NCBI GenBank assembly: GCA_038087875.1
Contig: JAXLNO010000680.1
Coordinates: 434,001-486,143 of the forward strand
Reading direction: 5' to 3'
DNA length: 52,143 nt
Origin: Malacoraja senta
Lineage: Eukaryota
The position numbers were made by a program, and so were the translations under genes. The notes beneath the pieces were generated by a model, which was not told the origin of the DNA, did no database searches, and worked only from the letters and a program-made list of their open reading frames with translations. Position 1 is the first letter of the stretch. The number at the start of each line of letters is the position of its first letter. This document shows, piece by piece, positions 1-11,485 of the stretch.

Positions 1-1284
1 ACTCTGTCCGTGAGGTCAGACGGCACATTTTCCACCCAGTGCCGGAGGAGGGGAAGCTTTCTGCTAGCTTTGTGTCTCTACCTGGTCATCGCCAGAGACT
101 GAGTCACGGGTTGGTGGGGGGTAAAGTAGTCACAGACAGCGTCAGTGAAACTGTCCAAACCCTCTAGCCTCAGGACAGAGTGCGCATCTACTCAGCAGGA
201 CTCAATCTCTGTCGTCATCGAGCCAGTGAAACACACAGGAACTCCTCCAGCTCACAGACACAATTTCCCAGGCCCAATGAGAAGTGGGGCTCGTCAATAG
301 ACTGAGAAGGACCATTAAAATGGAGCACCACACCAGAGAACTCCTTCCTTCACACCCCTTGTGTTGTTACTCAGGGATCACCACCTTCCATGTCCTGGGA
401 ACTATCACCAGATGGACGAAGGACCTTCTCTATGAAGAAGCAGCCTCAGGGCAAAGCTAACCAGATGCCTCCAACAGCACCCAAAATCATCTGCAAGAGT
501 GTCCTTAAGGCACCAGACATCAGTATAGAGCTGGGAGATAGCTGCTCAGTATCGCCGTCATTTGAATGTGATTCAGAGCAGATTCCATGGTGGTGTTTAC
601 AGGGAGCTGGGGACCTGGTTAAAGGCAAATATTTGTTGGGTGAGCTAAACTGCCTTCCAGAGACACGATGGACTGAATGACCTTGTCCCGTGCTGTGGCT
701 TTCCCGGATTGCACCACACCCTTTCTTGAGTTTTGAGTCCAACTTCAGCTTCGCGTGAACATCTGGTTCCATGTTTACTATATTACCGAAGTATTTTCCT
801 ACCTTCGGGGCCGGGGATAAAAAGCATCGGTGAAATTCAGGTACTGGGTAACGAGGGAGGATGGGGAAGGATATCTGAGGTCCCTTGTGAATAGCCTCAG
901 AGTCGTCTTACACTCAGGGACAGGATATAGCTTATTTCCCCACTGCCTGATGCACACCCTCCCCAACGATTTGCCAGCAACGGAGGTAGAGTTTCTGTGT
1001 CCCAGCTGGTAACAGGAACGAGTCACCACATCGATTCCTTCCTGCCCTGCTGTGGCACATGCCTAGCCTGCATCTCCAGCCTATCGGAATGGAATCCCTC
1101 CTAGTCCCGATGGCACTTCATACATTTCTGGCCTGTTAGTCCTCCCAAATCAGATCACCTTACTCATGTCGGCAGTAACTCCACCTGCCATCCCTCTGTC
1201 CCTCAAATGAACAATATGTCAAGTAGTCTAAGACTAGACTGCTCATGACTGACATCAATTTGCATGTCATCTTAAATCTCCACT

Positions 1285-1972
1285 GGGTGGCGCCAGCAAT
1301 GGCTGCCTCGCCAACAGTCTGTCTGTCCCTCCCTTTTTTGCTGTTTAATAGTATGTGTTAAATGTATGTTTTAGTGTTCTTTAGATTGTTTTATATGGGG
1401 GATGGGGCGGGTTTGGGGAAAACTTTTTTTTCATGCCTTACTTCGACAGAGATGCATTTTTTCCCGTATCGTATCTCCGTTCGCACTGCGGCCTAACATC
1501 GAGGATTTGGCGGCCATTGGTGGAGATCGACATGGAGCTCCAACCGTGAGGGTGGCTGCGGCCATACCATCACGGAGCTCGAGATCCCTATCGGGGATAG
1601 ATTTTGGAGCTCCAAACGGGGGAGCCTGAGGACTTTAACATCGTGGAGCTCGCGGTCTCTGTCTATAGACCGACTTCGGGAGCTCCAAGCCGCAGGAGCT
1701 TCGACCGCCCCGCCCGGGAGCTTTGATCACCTCGACTGCGGATTGTTCGACTGCCCCGACAGCGGGAGAATAACTTTAGAGGAAGAAGATTAGAATTTAT
1801 TGCCTTCCATCACAGTGATGAATGTGGGAAATCCGCGGTGGTGAATGTGTGTCTTAACTTTTACATAGTTGTGCGTCTTGTTGCTTTTTTTTTAGTATGG
1901 CTGTATGGTAAATCGAATTTCACTGTACCTTAATTGGTACATGTGACAATAAACTGACCTTGAAACCTTGAA
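1285..1972 (+). mobile_element. Non-autonomous retroposon with Rex1-like 3' tail (SINE-like, no tRNA head seen)
   Basis: CpG-rich non-coding body ending in a CACTGTACC..GGTACATGTG stem, AATAAA and (CCTTGAA) repeats. Homologous at both ends to 36762-37610 (-), and the tail resembles the Rex1 tail at 36700-36760. Confidence 0.7.
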
Positions 1973-2039
1973 TTACTAATCAGACTTCTGCATTGAGATA
2001 AACATCATTCATCGTTTAAACAGTCAGACCCCATCACCA

Positions 2040-2620
2040 TCCTGTGGCACAAATTAGTCATGGTCATCTGATCATAAAACAATCCCCCATATCAGGTTCT
2101 GACTCCTACTGCCAAACCCATTGTGGATCCAATTTCCTCTAGATCCTATGAGCTCGAACCTCTGTGACAAGTTTCCCTTATATACCCTGTCAAAGACCAC
2201 AATAACCTCAATGCCCTCGTCAATACATTTTATTGCCTCTTCCAAAAAAATAATCAGATTGATCAAATAGGATTTCTTCTTAACAACGTTCTTCTGTCTG
2301 TGCAAGTGCTCATCAACCCTGTTCCACAGCTTTTCTTCTCCACTATGAGTGAAGTAGATTCGGTGCTGTAATTACCTGGTTTATTCCCACTGCCTCCTTG
2401 AATAAAGAGACCACATTTACACTCACCAGCCCTCTTGCACTTTACGCATAGACAATGAACAGCAGGAATCCCTGCACGGCTCAAAGCAATCTCATCCCCT
2501 TGCTCTCACAGCAGCTTTGAGCATATCCATCTTAAATCCCTCCAAGATATCTAACATTTGCTTCTTAATGATAACATGTTCTAAGGTTCACCATCTGCAA
2601 TGTCGTTCCCTTCAGTGAAT
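2040..2620 (-). mobile_element. Old CR1 LINE reverse-transcriptase fragment
   Basis: ORF 2072-2305 (KKSYLINLIIFLEEAIKCIDEG..VFDRV) is a degenerate match to the CR1 motif KGKSCLTNLIECFEDVT..AFDKVPH seen at 49227. Boundaries approximate. Confidence 0.7.
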
Positions 2621-2935
2621 ACAGAGGAGGTATTTATTTCAGACTTCATCTACATCCCATGTGTACACAGAGAGATTGATACCCACTTGGTCCTATCGTT
2701 TCGCTGGGTACATATAACATACTTAGGTCTCATTCTTAATCATGTCTGCCAATGATACTATGTGCAATTTGTTTTGCAAGCATTTTTTGCTTATTGCTCT
2801 AAACGTCTAATACTCATTTTTTATTCCATCTTCTCTCTTGATAACCATTGTCTTCCAATAGCAATAGGACAAATGTCTAACATTGATACCATGAAAAGAG
2901 TGATACACCACCTGAACCAAACATTAAGCTCTTGG

Positions 2936-3215
2936 AAGGCACAAAGAACTTCAGATGCTGGAATATGTTTAGGTACAAAGTGCCCAAGTAATTCAGCGGA
3001 TCAGGCAGCATCTCAGGAAGACACGGAGAGACGACATTTCAGGTCAGCTCCCTTCTTAAAAGCAATGTCGTTGGGGAGAGAAATCTGGAGAGATTGGGGA
3101 GGGACACTTGACAGGATTTGTCTCGCCCCATTCCTTCACCAGCTTTTTCCCTCCTATTATGAAACGTCGCCCATCCGTGTAGTTGCTGCTTGACCTGCTG
3201 AGTTACTCCAGCAGT
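2936..3215. mobile_element. Penelope-derived terminal repeat, two inverted halves
   Basis: GTAATTCAGCGGATCAGGCAGCA..GACATTTC faces its reverse complement GAAACGTC..TGCTTGACCTGCTGAGTTACTCCAGCA. The same motif family follows Penelope fragments elsewhere in the window. Confidence 0.6.
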
Positions 3216-4009
3216 TATTGTTCGACACATTATCCTTTCAAACGTAATGTGTGAATTTCCAATGAACTATTGATCCTATTATATTACGTTGTTGCTACTG
3301 CATATTGAGGCATATATACCTTGTAGACATTGCATTGTAATGAAGATGTGGCTAACTGCAAATAAGCGTTTTTAATTAACAATTATAGATGCGCTGGGTT
3401 TGGTTAATGAACCGTGTATGCAAACTTTGATTCGTTGGGAAGTTAGGTTCTTGCTGTGGGAGAAAGGAGTAGGGTAATGGGAAGCGATAAATCAAGATGA
3501 ATGAACTATTGAGTGTTGATCAAGATATCTGAAAACTGGGAGGCAGAACAAAGTAACTGTATCAATCAAGGAGTAGCAGTAAAGTAAGGGAAAGGTGACG
3601 AGGGGACGGAAACAGTAAGTGACCACAGAGGAGAAATATTGAAGGTGAAAGGGAGAAGGAGAAGGGTAAGCGGTTAAACAGAGGAGGGTATCGGACAGGA
3701 ATAGAAGGAAAGGTGTCAGAGAGAAAAATATCTCGGAACCACCGGCGTCAGAGAATGGGAAAAACATTAGGGAAAGAGGGAGGTGTTGGTGAGGGGGAAA
3801 GATGATGGAGAGAGACGACAAGAGGGTTAGAGGTGACTAAGGAGGCAGCGGGTGAAGAGAAAACGGCGATGAAGATAAGTGAGTGGAGTCAAAAAACAGA
3901 GAGAGGTAATGGAGAGGAGCAGAGAAAGTGGTGGATAGATCGGGGGGGGGGGGGGTAGAGGTGATCGAGAGAGACAGGGATGTGGTGACGCAAACAGAGG
4001 AGGAGAGAG

Positions 4010-4790
4010 GCAACATGAAGTGGGGCAATGGAAGAGGCAACAGAGAGTGAGGGAATGGGATATGTGACAGAGAGTGGGGCAATGAGATATGTGACAGAGA
4101 GTGGGGCAATGGGAGAGGTGACAGAGTGGGGCAATAGGAGGGGTGACAGAGTGGGGAAATGGGAGAAGTGACAGTGGGGCAATGGGAGAGATGACAGAGT
4201 GGGACAATAGGATAGGTGACAGAATGGGACAATGGGAGAGGTGACAGGGTGGGGCAATGGGAGAGAGGACAGAGTGGGGCAATGGGAGAGGTGACAGAGT
4301 GGGGCAACGGGAGGGGTGAGAGAGTGGGGCAATGGGAGAAGTGACAGAGTGGGGCAATGGGAGAGGTGACAGAGTGGGGCAATGGGAGAGGTGACAGAGT
4401 GGGGCAATGGGAGAGGTGACAGAGTGGGGCAATGGGAGAGTTGACAGAGTGGGGCAATGGGAGGGGTGACAGAGTGGGGAAATGGGAGAAGTGACAGTGG
4501 GGCAATGGGAGAGATGACAGAGTGGGACAATAGGATAGGTGAGAGAATGGGACAATGGGAGAGGTGACAGGGTGGGGCAATGGGAGAGAGGACAGAGTGG
4601 GGCAATGGGAGAGGTGACAGAGTGGGGCAACGGGAGGGGTGACAGAGTGGGGCAATGGGAGAGGTCACAGAGTGGGGCAATGGGAGAGGTGACAGAGTGG
4701 GGCAATGGGAGAGGTGACAGAGTGGGGCAATGGGAGAGGTGACAGAGTGGGGCAATGGGAGAGGTGACAGAGTGGGGCAATGGGAGAGGT
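4010..4790 (+). repeat. 25-bp G-rich minisatellite (GTGACAGAGTGGGGCAATGGGAGAG), ~30 units
   Basis: Directly visible. Accounts for the periodic ORFs at 3827-4862. Confidence 0.97.
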
Positions 4791-5439
4791 GCCCGATGGA
4801 GTCAAAAGAGGGAAACAGAAGATGTAGTGCAGACCCGAACTACACATTTCTTCCAGTACCAAGTAATCTCTTCCACTGCGTTACTTTGTAGTTCAGTACT
4901 CAAATAATAAATGATTCATAAAATGAAATAAATGCTTGACGCCCTCAATACCAGTGTCTGGTTGTTGATTCCTCTCCACTAGCAAAATAAACCATGTGAT
5001 TTCTCTGAAATACTACATTAAATGAAAAATTATGGTGGAAATAGCTGTAAATTAAGCAGCCAGTTATCACAATCTCCAGAAGAAACAGAATTGTGAAGTA
5101 GGCTGGTGAAAACATAGATAATATGATTCAATGAAGGGCAAAGGGTCAGTGGGGGTCATGATGATATAACTGATAAAGAACCAGGTGGAGAGATGCAGAG
5201 GGTCGTTGGAGAATGATCGTCCCTCAGGTTCACTGTTCTTATTCATGTTTGGATAAGGGCGAGGATAACAGAGAATGTGTGCACACTGTCCAGGGAACAT
5301 GCGACCATTCAAGTACAGGGCGAAAAGAGGGTGGCATGATCGATGGGAACGGACACTGCTCTCTGCAGCAGAGACAGGGAGCAACTGCACCATGTGGAAA
5401 CAAGGAATGACAGATGATGGAATCATGAGCACAACACAA

Positions 5440-5565
5440 CTTGCTGCAGTAACTCAATGGGTCAGGCAGCATCCAAAGAAGAATGCTGACCCGAAACGTC
5501 GTCCATCCATGTTTCCAGACCGGCTGCCTGACCCGCTGAGTTACTCCAGCACTGTGTGTTTTATT
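5440..5565. mobile_element. Penelope-derived terminal repeat (inverted halves, degenerate hammerhead core)
   Basis: GTAACTCAATGGGTCAGGCAGC...GACCCGAAACGTC...GCTGCCTGACCCGCTGAGTTACTCCAGCAC. Confidence 0.6.
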
Positions 5566-5821
5566 TAAGGTAATCTCTTCTGGGATCAAGAAGAACTTGG
5601 AATAAGAAGGAAATGATCAACTCGTTATGTCCACGTAAGCACTAATGGCCAGGCAGAGTGTTCCACTGAGGGATTCTGAATAATTTAAGGCAAAATTAGA
5701 AAGCAAAACCTCCAATTTGATAGCCACTGGGTTTTCACCAGAGCCAATTGCAAATTGTCAGAGCATTGAATTTAAGACTGGGTAAATAAACATGTGGCAC
5801 AAAGTAGAAGTTGTGGAGCTT

Positions 5822-5895
5822 CTGGATATTAAAGGCATTATGTGGAACGCCTGGATATTAAAGGCATTATGTGGAACGCCTGGATATTAAAGGCA
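5822..5895 (+). repeat. 29-bp tandem duplication, ~2.5 copies
   Basis: CTGGATATTAAAGGCATTATGTGGAACGC starts at 5822, 5851 and (partial) 5880. Confidence 0.95.
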
Positions 5896-5954
5896 ACCAC
5901 GATCTGGGTGTACAGAGTAGGGTCGACTCCAATGACTAACAGTATAAACAGTAG

Positions 5955-6082
5955 AAGGAAGGAACTGCAGATGCTGTTCTACATAAAAAGACACAAAGTG
6001 CTGGAGTAATTTAGCGGGTCAGGCAGTATCTCTGGAGAATACGGATAGGCGACGTTGTCGGGTCGCGACCATTCTTCAAACT
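5955..6082 (-). mobile_element. Penelope-derived terminal repeat
   Basis: GAAGGAACTGCAGATGCTG..CAAAGTGCTGGAGTAATTTAGCGGGTCAGGCAG..GACGTTGTCGGGTCGCGACCATTCTTCA, the reverse complement of the recurrent hammerhead-bearing terminus. Confidence 0.65.
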
Positions 6083-6309
6083 CACAATGACTGACAATGT
6101 ATAATGTTTCTCAGTTTTACAGACCACGGTGTTATTTAGACTGAATTTATCTTGCTTTCAGGTTCACACTTAGTCTGAATCCCTCCCGAGTCTCATGCTC
6201 CGAGTTTCCCGCTGCCTTTGGCCTCTGTTCGGACCACCATCAGTCGCGGGGGGTTCAGTGTCCTGGCTCCCGGACATGGAAGCTGGAAGTGGTCGAGCGT
6301 TCATGTGAC

Positions 6310-7785
6310 ATGCAGGAAGCAGGGTGGGAAGAAATGTAGTCGAGATAATTGTTGGAGTCCATGGGTGTGCAATGGACCTGAATCGATAATCTATCTCCTG
6401 TGGTGGAGACGGTGGGTTCAAGAAATGGGAGGGAGGTGTCGGAAATGGTCTAAGTAAACTTGACGGCTGGATGAAAATTAGTAGTTGAAACATAGAAAAA
6501 ATAGGTGGAGGAGTGGGTGAAAATATGTTTCCTCATCTCAGTCCTAATTCGCCTACGTCTTATTCTTAAACTGTGACCTCTGGTTCTGGACTCCCCCAAC
6601 ATTGCGAACATTTTTCCTGCATCTAGCCTGTCCGATCCCGAAATTATTTTTTATGTTTCTATAAGATCTCATCTCATCCTTCTAAATTCCAGTGAATATA
6701 AGCCTAGTCAATCCATTCTTTCATATTATGTCAGTCCCGCCATCCCGGGAATTAACCTGGTGAACCTACGCTGCACTCCTTCAATAGCAAGAATGTCCTT
6801 CATCAAATTAGGAGACCAAAACTCCACACAATACTCCAGGTGTGGTCTCACCAGGGACCTGTACAACTGCAGTTGGACCTCCTGTCTCCTATACTCAAAT
6901 CCTCTCGCTATGGCCAACATGCCATTTGCTTTCTTCACTGCCTGCTGTACCTGCATACTTACTTTCAGTGACTGATGTACAAGGACACCCAGATTCGTTG
7001 CATCTCTCCTTTTCCTAATCTGATACTATTCAGATCATAATCTGCCTTCTTGTACTTGCCACCAAAGTAGATAACCTCACATTTATCCACATTGTACTGC
7101 ATCTCCCATGTATCTGCCCACTCACCCAATCTATCCAAGTCACCTTGCAGCCTCATAGCATCCTCTTCGCAGCTCACACTGTCACCCAGCTTTGTGTCAT
7201 CCGCAAACTTGGTGATGTTACATTTAGCTCCTTCATCTAAATGAAATGAATGAAGTCTATGGGTTCGGCATGGGTGCAGGAGGTAGCACCGATGCAATCA
7301 TCGATGTAACGGAGATAGAGATCGGCTGATTGGGCCAGTGTACGCCTGGAACAGGGATTGTTGAACTTACCCTACAAAGAGGCCGGCATAGCTGGGGCCC
7401 ATGCGAGTGCCCATAGCTACGCCTTTGATTTTGAGGAAATGGGAAAAGTAGAATGAGTTGTCAAGGGTGAGGACCAGCTCCGCTAGGCGGAGGATAGTGT
7501 TAGTAGAGGGAAATTGTGTGGTTCTGCGGTCGAGGAAGAAACGGAGGGTGTTCAAGCCGTCTTGGTGGGGGATGGAGGTGGAGTGACTGAACATCCATAA
7601 TAACGATGTGGGATTGGCGTGCGAGGTATATTGGACATAGGTCGGGAGAGATTGGACCAGGGGGGGTCGGATGGAATCTAGGTACGTGGAAATCATTTCA
7701 GTGAGACAGGAGTAGGCAGAAACAGTGGGTCTGCCAGGGCAGTTGTGTTTATGGATTTTGTGGAAAAGGTAAATGCGGGCCAATT
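6310..7785 (-). mobile_element. Penelope-like element RT region, split by a CR1 insertion
   Basis: Minus strand reads KIHKHNCPGRPTVS..GVAMGTRMGPSYA..LYLRYIDDCIG..DFIHF (to ~7245), then resumes at ~6486 with TTNFHPAVKFT*TISDTSLPFL..DSNNYLDYISSHPASC. These are Penelope RT motifs. Confidence 0.88.
6487..7240 (-). mobile_element. 5'-truncated CR1 LINE inserted in the Penelope RT
   Basis: KFADDTKLG..LQGDLDRL and QLYRSLVRPHLEYCV..VQRRFTRLIPG motifs. TTTCTATG-type tail (gaaacatagaaa on +) at 6487-6498. Confidence 0.93.
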
Positions 7786-7959
7786 GTTGCAGGTTCGGTC
7801 AGTGCTAAGAACTCGCTAAGAATTGTAAATGCAGTGTTGGCTTTCATTTAGGGAGCTAGAATAAAATGTTGAGGCTTAAAAACAGTGCTCTTCAACCTGA
7901 GCTGTACCGCCCACTAGTGGGCGATTTAAGCTTTCAGGTGGGCAGCAGAATAATTACAT

Positions 7960-9703
7960 GCTGTATTTTACTTCGGAGTCACGTGAGTGATTCCGTGAAG
8001 AAGTCCGGCCAGGACGCATGCGCGTCATTACGTCAGACGCATGGCGCAGAAACGGGCTGGAGAGCGCAGCTCCACCAGCGGTAAGTTGGAAACTCGCAGG
8101 TCAGTTTGAAAAACTGTCCTGCGAGCGGTTAGAGCTCTTTAAGTGAAACTACAGAACTCTGTGTGAAAATGGCAATGAGAGGGAGAGCGAGACGCGCCGC
8201 CGGGAAAATCTCCGAGTCAGACCACGGGAGTGCAGTCCGCGGGCGGGCGCTTAGTTCACCTCCGAAGCTGCCGGCAGGTCAGCCAGCGGCAGCAACCTCG
8301 GTGCCAATACAGAGCACCATTGCCACTCCAGTCGGGAGGAAGGCGAAAAGGAAATCTGTAAGGCCCGTGGACTCAGATGAGTCGGGCCAAGAGGACACTC
8401 CTCCTACAATGAAAGATGTCTGGGGACGGCTGGATAATATACAGCACCTGGTAGAAAGGATGCTCCAGCATGACGTTTTTCAGAGTGAGTTATTTACTCA
8501 AGGGTCACCCCGTCAGACCACGGCAACAACCTCCAGCAGAGGGAAATACAGGGCTGGCCTGTATCAACAGGAAGAACAAGTGCCTTGTGAAGGGTTGCAT
8601 GATTCCTCCCTCTTATATGAAGAGGGAGAGCCAGGGCAGTATGAGACTGACCCTGAAGTTGGGAGTATAGCCTAAGAGCATACCCCAAAGCACAAGAGCA
8701 TCGCTCCAGATGTGCCGGATGTGGCTTGTAAATTCGCCATACCGGCAGGGACTGGTGAAGCCATGCAAGAAAATCTGACCAATAACATCAACTATATGGC
8801 TTCTCACCAGCTCCAAGACTCAATGATGGAGGAAACCATCAAAAAATATGAAACACCTGTAAATTGTGCATCGCTAAAAGTGCCCACCGTGAACCAGGCC
8901 ATTTGGGGCCAAATGGGAGTAACTATGCGATCTCATGAAATAGGGCTGCAAAAGTCCTAAGGCTTATTGGTTCAGGCATAACGTCATTTGTGCGGTCAGT
9001 GGAAGGCTCATCGTTATCAGACACACACCAGGATACGTTCGCCCTGCTGTGTAACGCCCATTTTGAAATTAATTGCTTAAGAAAAAATGCCATTAAGCCG
9101 ACATTAAATCCAAAATTTGCAGCATTATGTAAATCATCCAATGTACAGCCGCCAAACTACCTGTTTGGAGAAGATCTGGCAAAACAGGTCAAGGACTTGG
9201 CAGATGAGGCTAAGACGGTCGGCCTTATAAAAGCACATCCAATCAGCAGGATGCAACCTCGTCGGTCATACCCATGCAAACGGGTCACAGACACAGGAGC
9301 AGGGCAAGGGACAAGCCGTGGATCCCCATCAGTACGTTATTGGCCGAGGGCACCAGCGTTTACTTCACAAAAAATACGGAGGCAAAGGTACCCAGCAACC
9401 ATGGAGGTACGAGCAGCTGGACTTGTCCAGGACATATATCCTATACACCAGTCACCAGTGGGTGGCAGATTGCAATTGTTTTAGTATGAATGGTGCTGCA
9501 TAACATCAGATCCGTTTATACTGGACAGCATTCAGGGGTTCCGAATTGAGTTTATTTTAGATTTAAATCCACCCACTCAACATACACCAAGCCGGAAATT
9601 GGTATTTTCAAAACCAGAAACTTTACAAGTTAATAATGAAATTGAAACGTTATTCGCCAAAGGGGTAATTGAAAAAACTGTACATGAGCCTCAGCAGTTT
9701 GTG
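7960..9703 (+). mobile_element. DIRS-type (tyrosine-recombinase) retrotransposon 5' part: terminal region, gag-like ORF1 and RT N-terminus, 3'-truncated and decayed
   Basis: Gag-like pieces 8163-8675, 8712-8960 (same frame, in-frame stop) and 8990-~9230 (PVNCASLKVPTVN..IW, LRKNAIKPTLN, YLFGEDL). These are followed by VGGRLQLF*YEW..ITSDPFILDSIQGFRIEF..EIETLFAKGVIE, typical of a DIRS RT start. Confidence 0.82.
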
Positions 9704-9879
9704 TAGTGTGGGATTGGAAAGCAGGCTCCAGCATCTGGGAATGAGGGACTACCCTGTGCTTGTTGCTGCTGCTCCCATCCATGTAACCCACACAGACTGC
9801 TCGCTGTCCAAATAGCATCAGGACCAGAGGGTTGATACTCCCCCTACGACCTGGCCCCAGGAGCTTCACCTGCTCCCTG

Positions 9880-10037
9880 TCATAAGGTCATGTGATAGGA
9901 GCAGATTTAGGCCATTCGGCCCACCAAGTCTACTGCGCCATTCAATCATGGCTGATCTATCTCCCTCTCAACCCCATAACCTCTGAAACCCACATTAATC
10001 AATAATCTATCTATGTCTGCCTTAAAAATATCCACTG
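9880..10037 (-). mobile_element. CR1 3' UTR remnant
   Basis: ATAGGAGCAGATTTAGGCCATTCGGCCC..CATTCAATCATGGCTGATC matches the reverse complement of the CR1 3' ends at 27690-27790 and 50420-50514. Confidence 0.8.
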
Positions 10038-10202
10038 TCCAGGACTGTTGCCTTGCTCCACGAGAGCAGTGTGTAATTTACTAATGCCCCTGTCATTAGG
10101 ACCAGAGAGCTTGACCACTCCCTGTCCCGAGCAGTCGTCCTGCTACACGAGGGTCCTGTGCAGTAATTTACTAATGCTCTTGTCATTGCATTTGTTTACC
10201 AA

Positions 10203-10339
10203 CCCTCTGCCTGATGGACCTGGCGGCCAGCGAGCGCCTGGATACATCTCGCTCGACCGGGGAGCGTCTGCGGGAGGCTCAGGCCATCAACACCAGCCTG
10301 TCCTGGCTCAGACACGTCATTCTGTCACTGTCCAACAAG
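10203..10339 (+). pseudogene. kifc1: KIFC1-like (kinesin-14) motor-domain exon remnant, switch II region
   Basis: [45 protein letters not shown] followed by a phase-0 GTGAGG donor at 10340. Matches the kinesin DLAGSER..INxSLS..LSNK motif. Invariant Gly is changed to Ala, and there is no AG acceptor. Start approximate. Confidence 0.85.
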
Positions 10340-10423
10340 GTGAGGTCCAGCACACCGGTGGAACAGACCTGTGCTCACACCTACTGCTGGGCGGCTTGCC
10401 TTAGCAACCGTGTGTGACGTTTA

Positions 10424-10623
10424 CCCCTGTGTGCAGGCTGTACCCTGTGCTGGGGTGTGGAGTTACACACTGCCAGACTGCACTGTACCCTGTACTCGGG
10501 TGTGGAGTTACACACTGCCAGACTGCACTGTACCCTGTGCTGGGGTGTGGAGTTACACACTGCCAGACTGCACTGTACACTGTGCTGGGGTGTGGAGTTA
10601 CACACTGCCAGACTGCACTGTGC
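10424..10623 (+). repeat. 45-bp minisatellite, ~4.4 copies, within the kinesin intron
   Basis: TACCCTGTGCTGGGGTGTGGAGTTACACACTGCCAGACTGCACTG at 10441, 10486, 10531 and 10576. Confidence 0.95.
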
Positions 10624-10932
10624 CAGGTGAGGTGTCTAACGGGGCTCTGTGGGCAGGGGACGGTTGTGTCAACAGATCTGCGTGTGGGAGCAGGGCTGGG
10701 CAAGATGCTCCGTACCAGCTGCTCCATGCGGACTGCTGAGATGCTCACCGTGTTCCTGGCCCTCTGTGGGGGGGCGGCCTGTGTGTGACGGACCCCTGTG
10801 GGTCTGTGAGAGGGACCCTGTGTGTGATGGACCTCGGTGTGGTTGGGGCCCTGTGCGTGACGGACCCCTGTGGTCGTCAGTGTGGGGGAGCCCCTGTGTG
10901 ACTGACCCCTCTCTCTCCCTTCAATCTTCCTG

Positions 10933-11006
10933 GAAGCTCACATCCCTTACCGCAATAGTAAGCTGACCCTCCTGTTGCAGAACAGCTTAGGAAGAAATTC
11001 GAAGAG
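10933..11006 (+). pseudogene. kifc1: KIFC1-like next exon remnant (74 nt)
   Basis: Translates as EAHIPYRNSKLTLLLQNSLGRNSK(R), in phase with the previous exon, followed by a GTGAGA donor at 11007. The pyrimidine tract ends in TG rather than AG. Not in the ORF track. Confidence 0.88.
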
Positions 11007-11125
11007 GTGAGAAGTCCTCTCCTCCTCTCCCTGTAACTTGTGCCATGGGACGCTGCCTCGTTTCTAACTGACACGTCTGTCCCGCTGTCTCGTTTGTAAC
11101 TGACACGTCTGTCCCAGTCCCACTC

Positions 11126-11485
<360 letters not shown>

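Noticed and set aside
1..1280. Unique-looking sequence with short ORFs on both strands (390-680, 446-772, 799-1029)
   Set aside because: No recognisable domain or consistent splice pattern. It may be a decayed exon or TE ORF1, but I cannot support either.
3827..4862. Long Pro/His/Cys-rich ORFs
   Set aside because: Translation artefacts of the 25-bp minisatellite.
6162..6460. Apparent + strand exon after TTGCTTTCAG
   Set aside because: Most of it is the antisense of a Penelope RT fragment.
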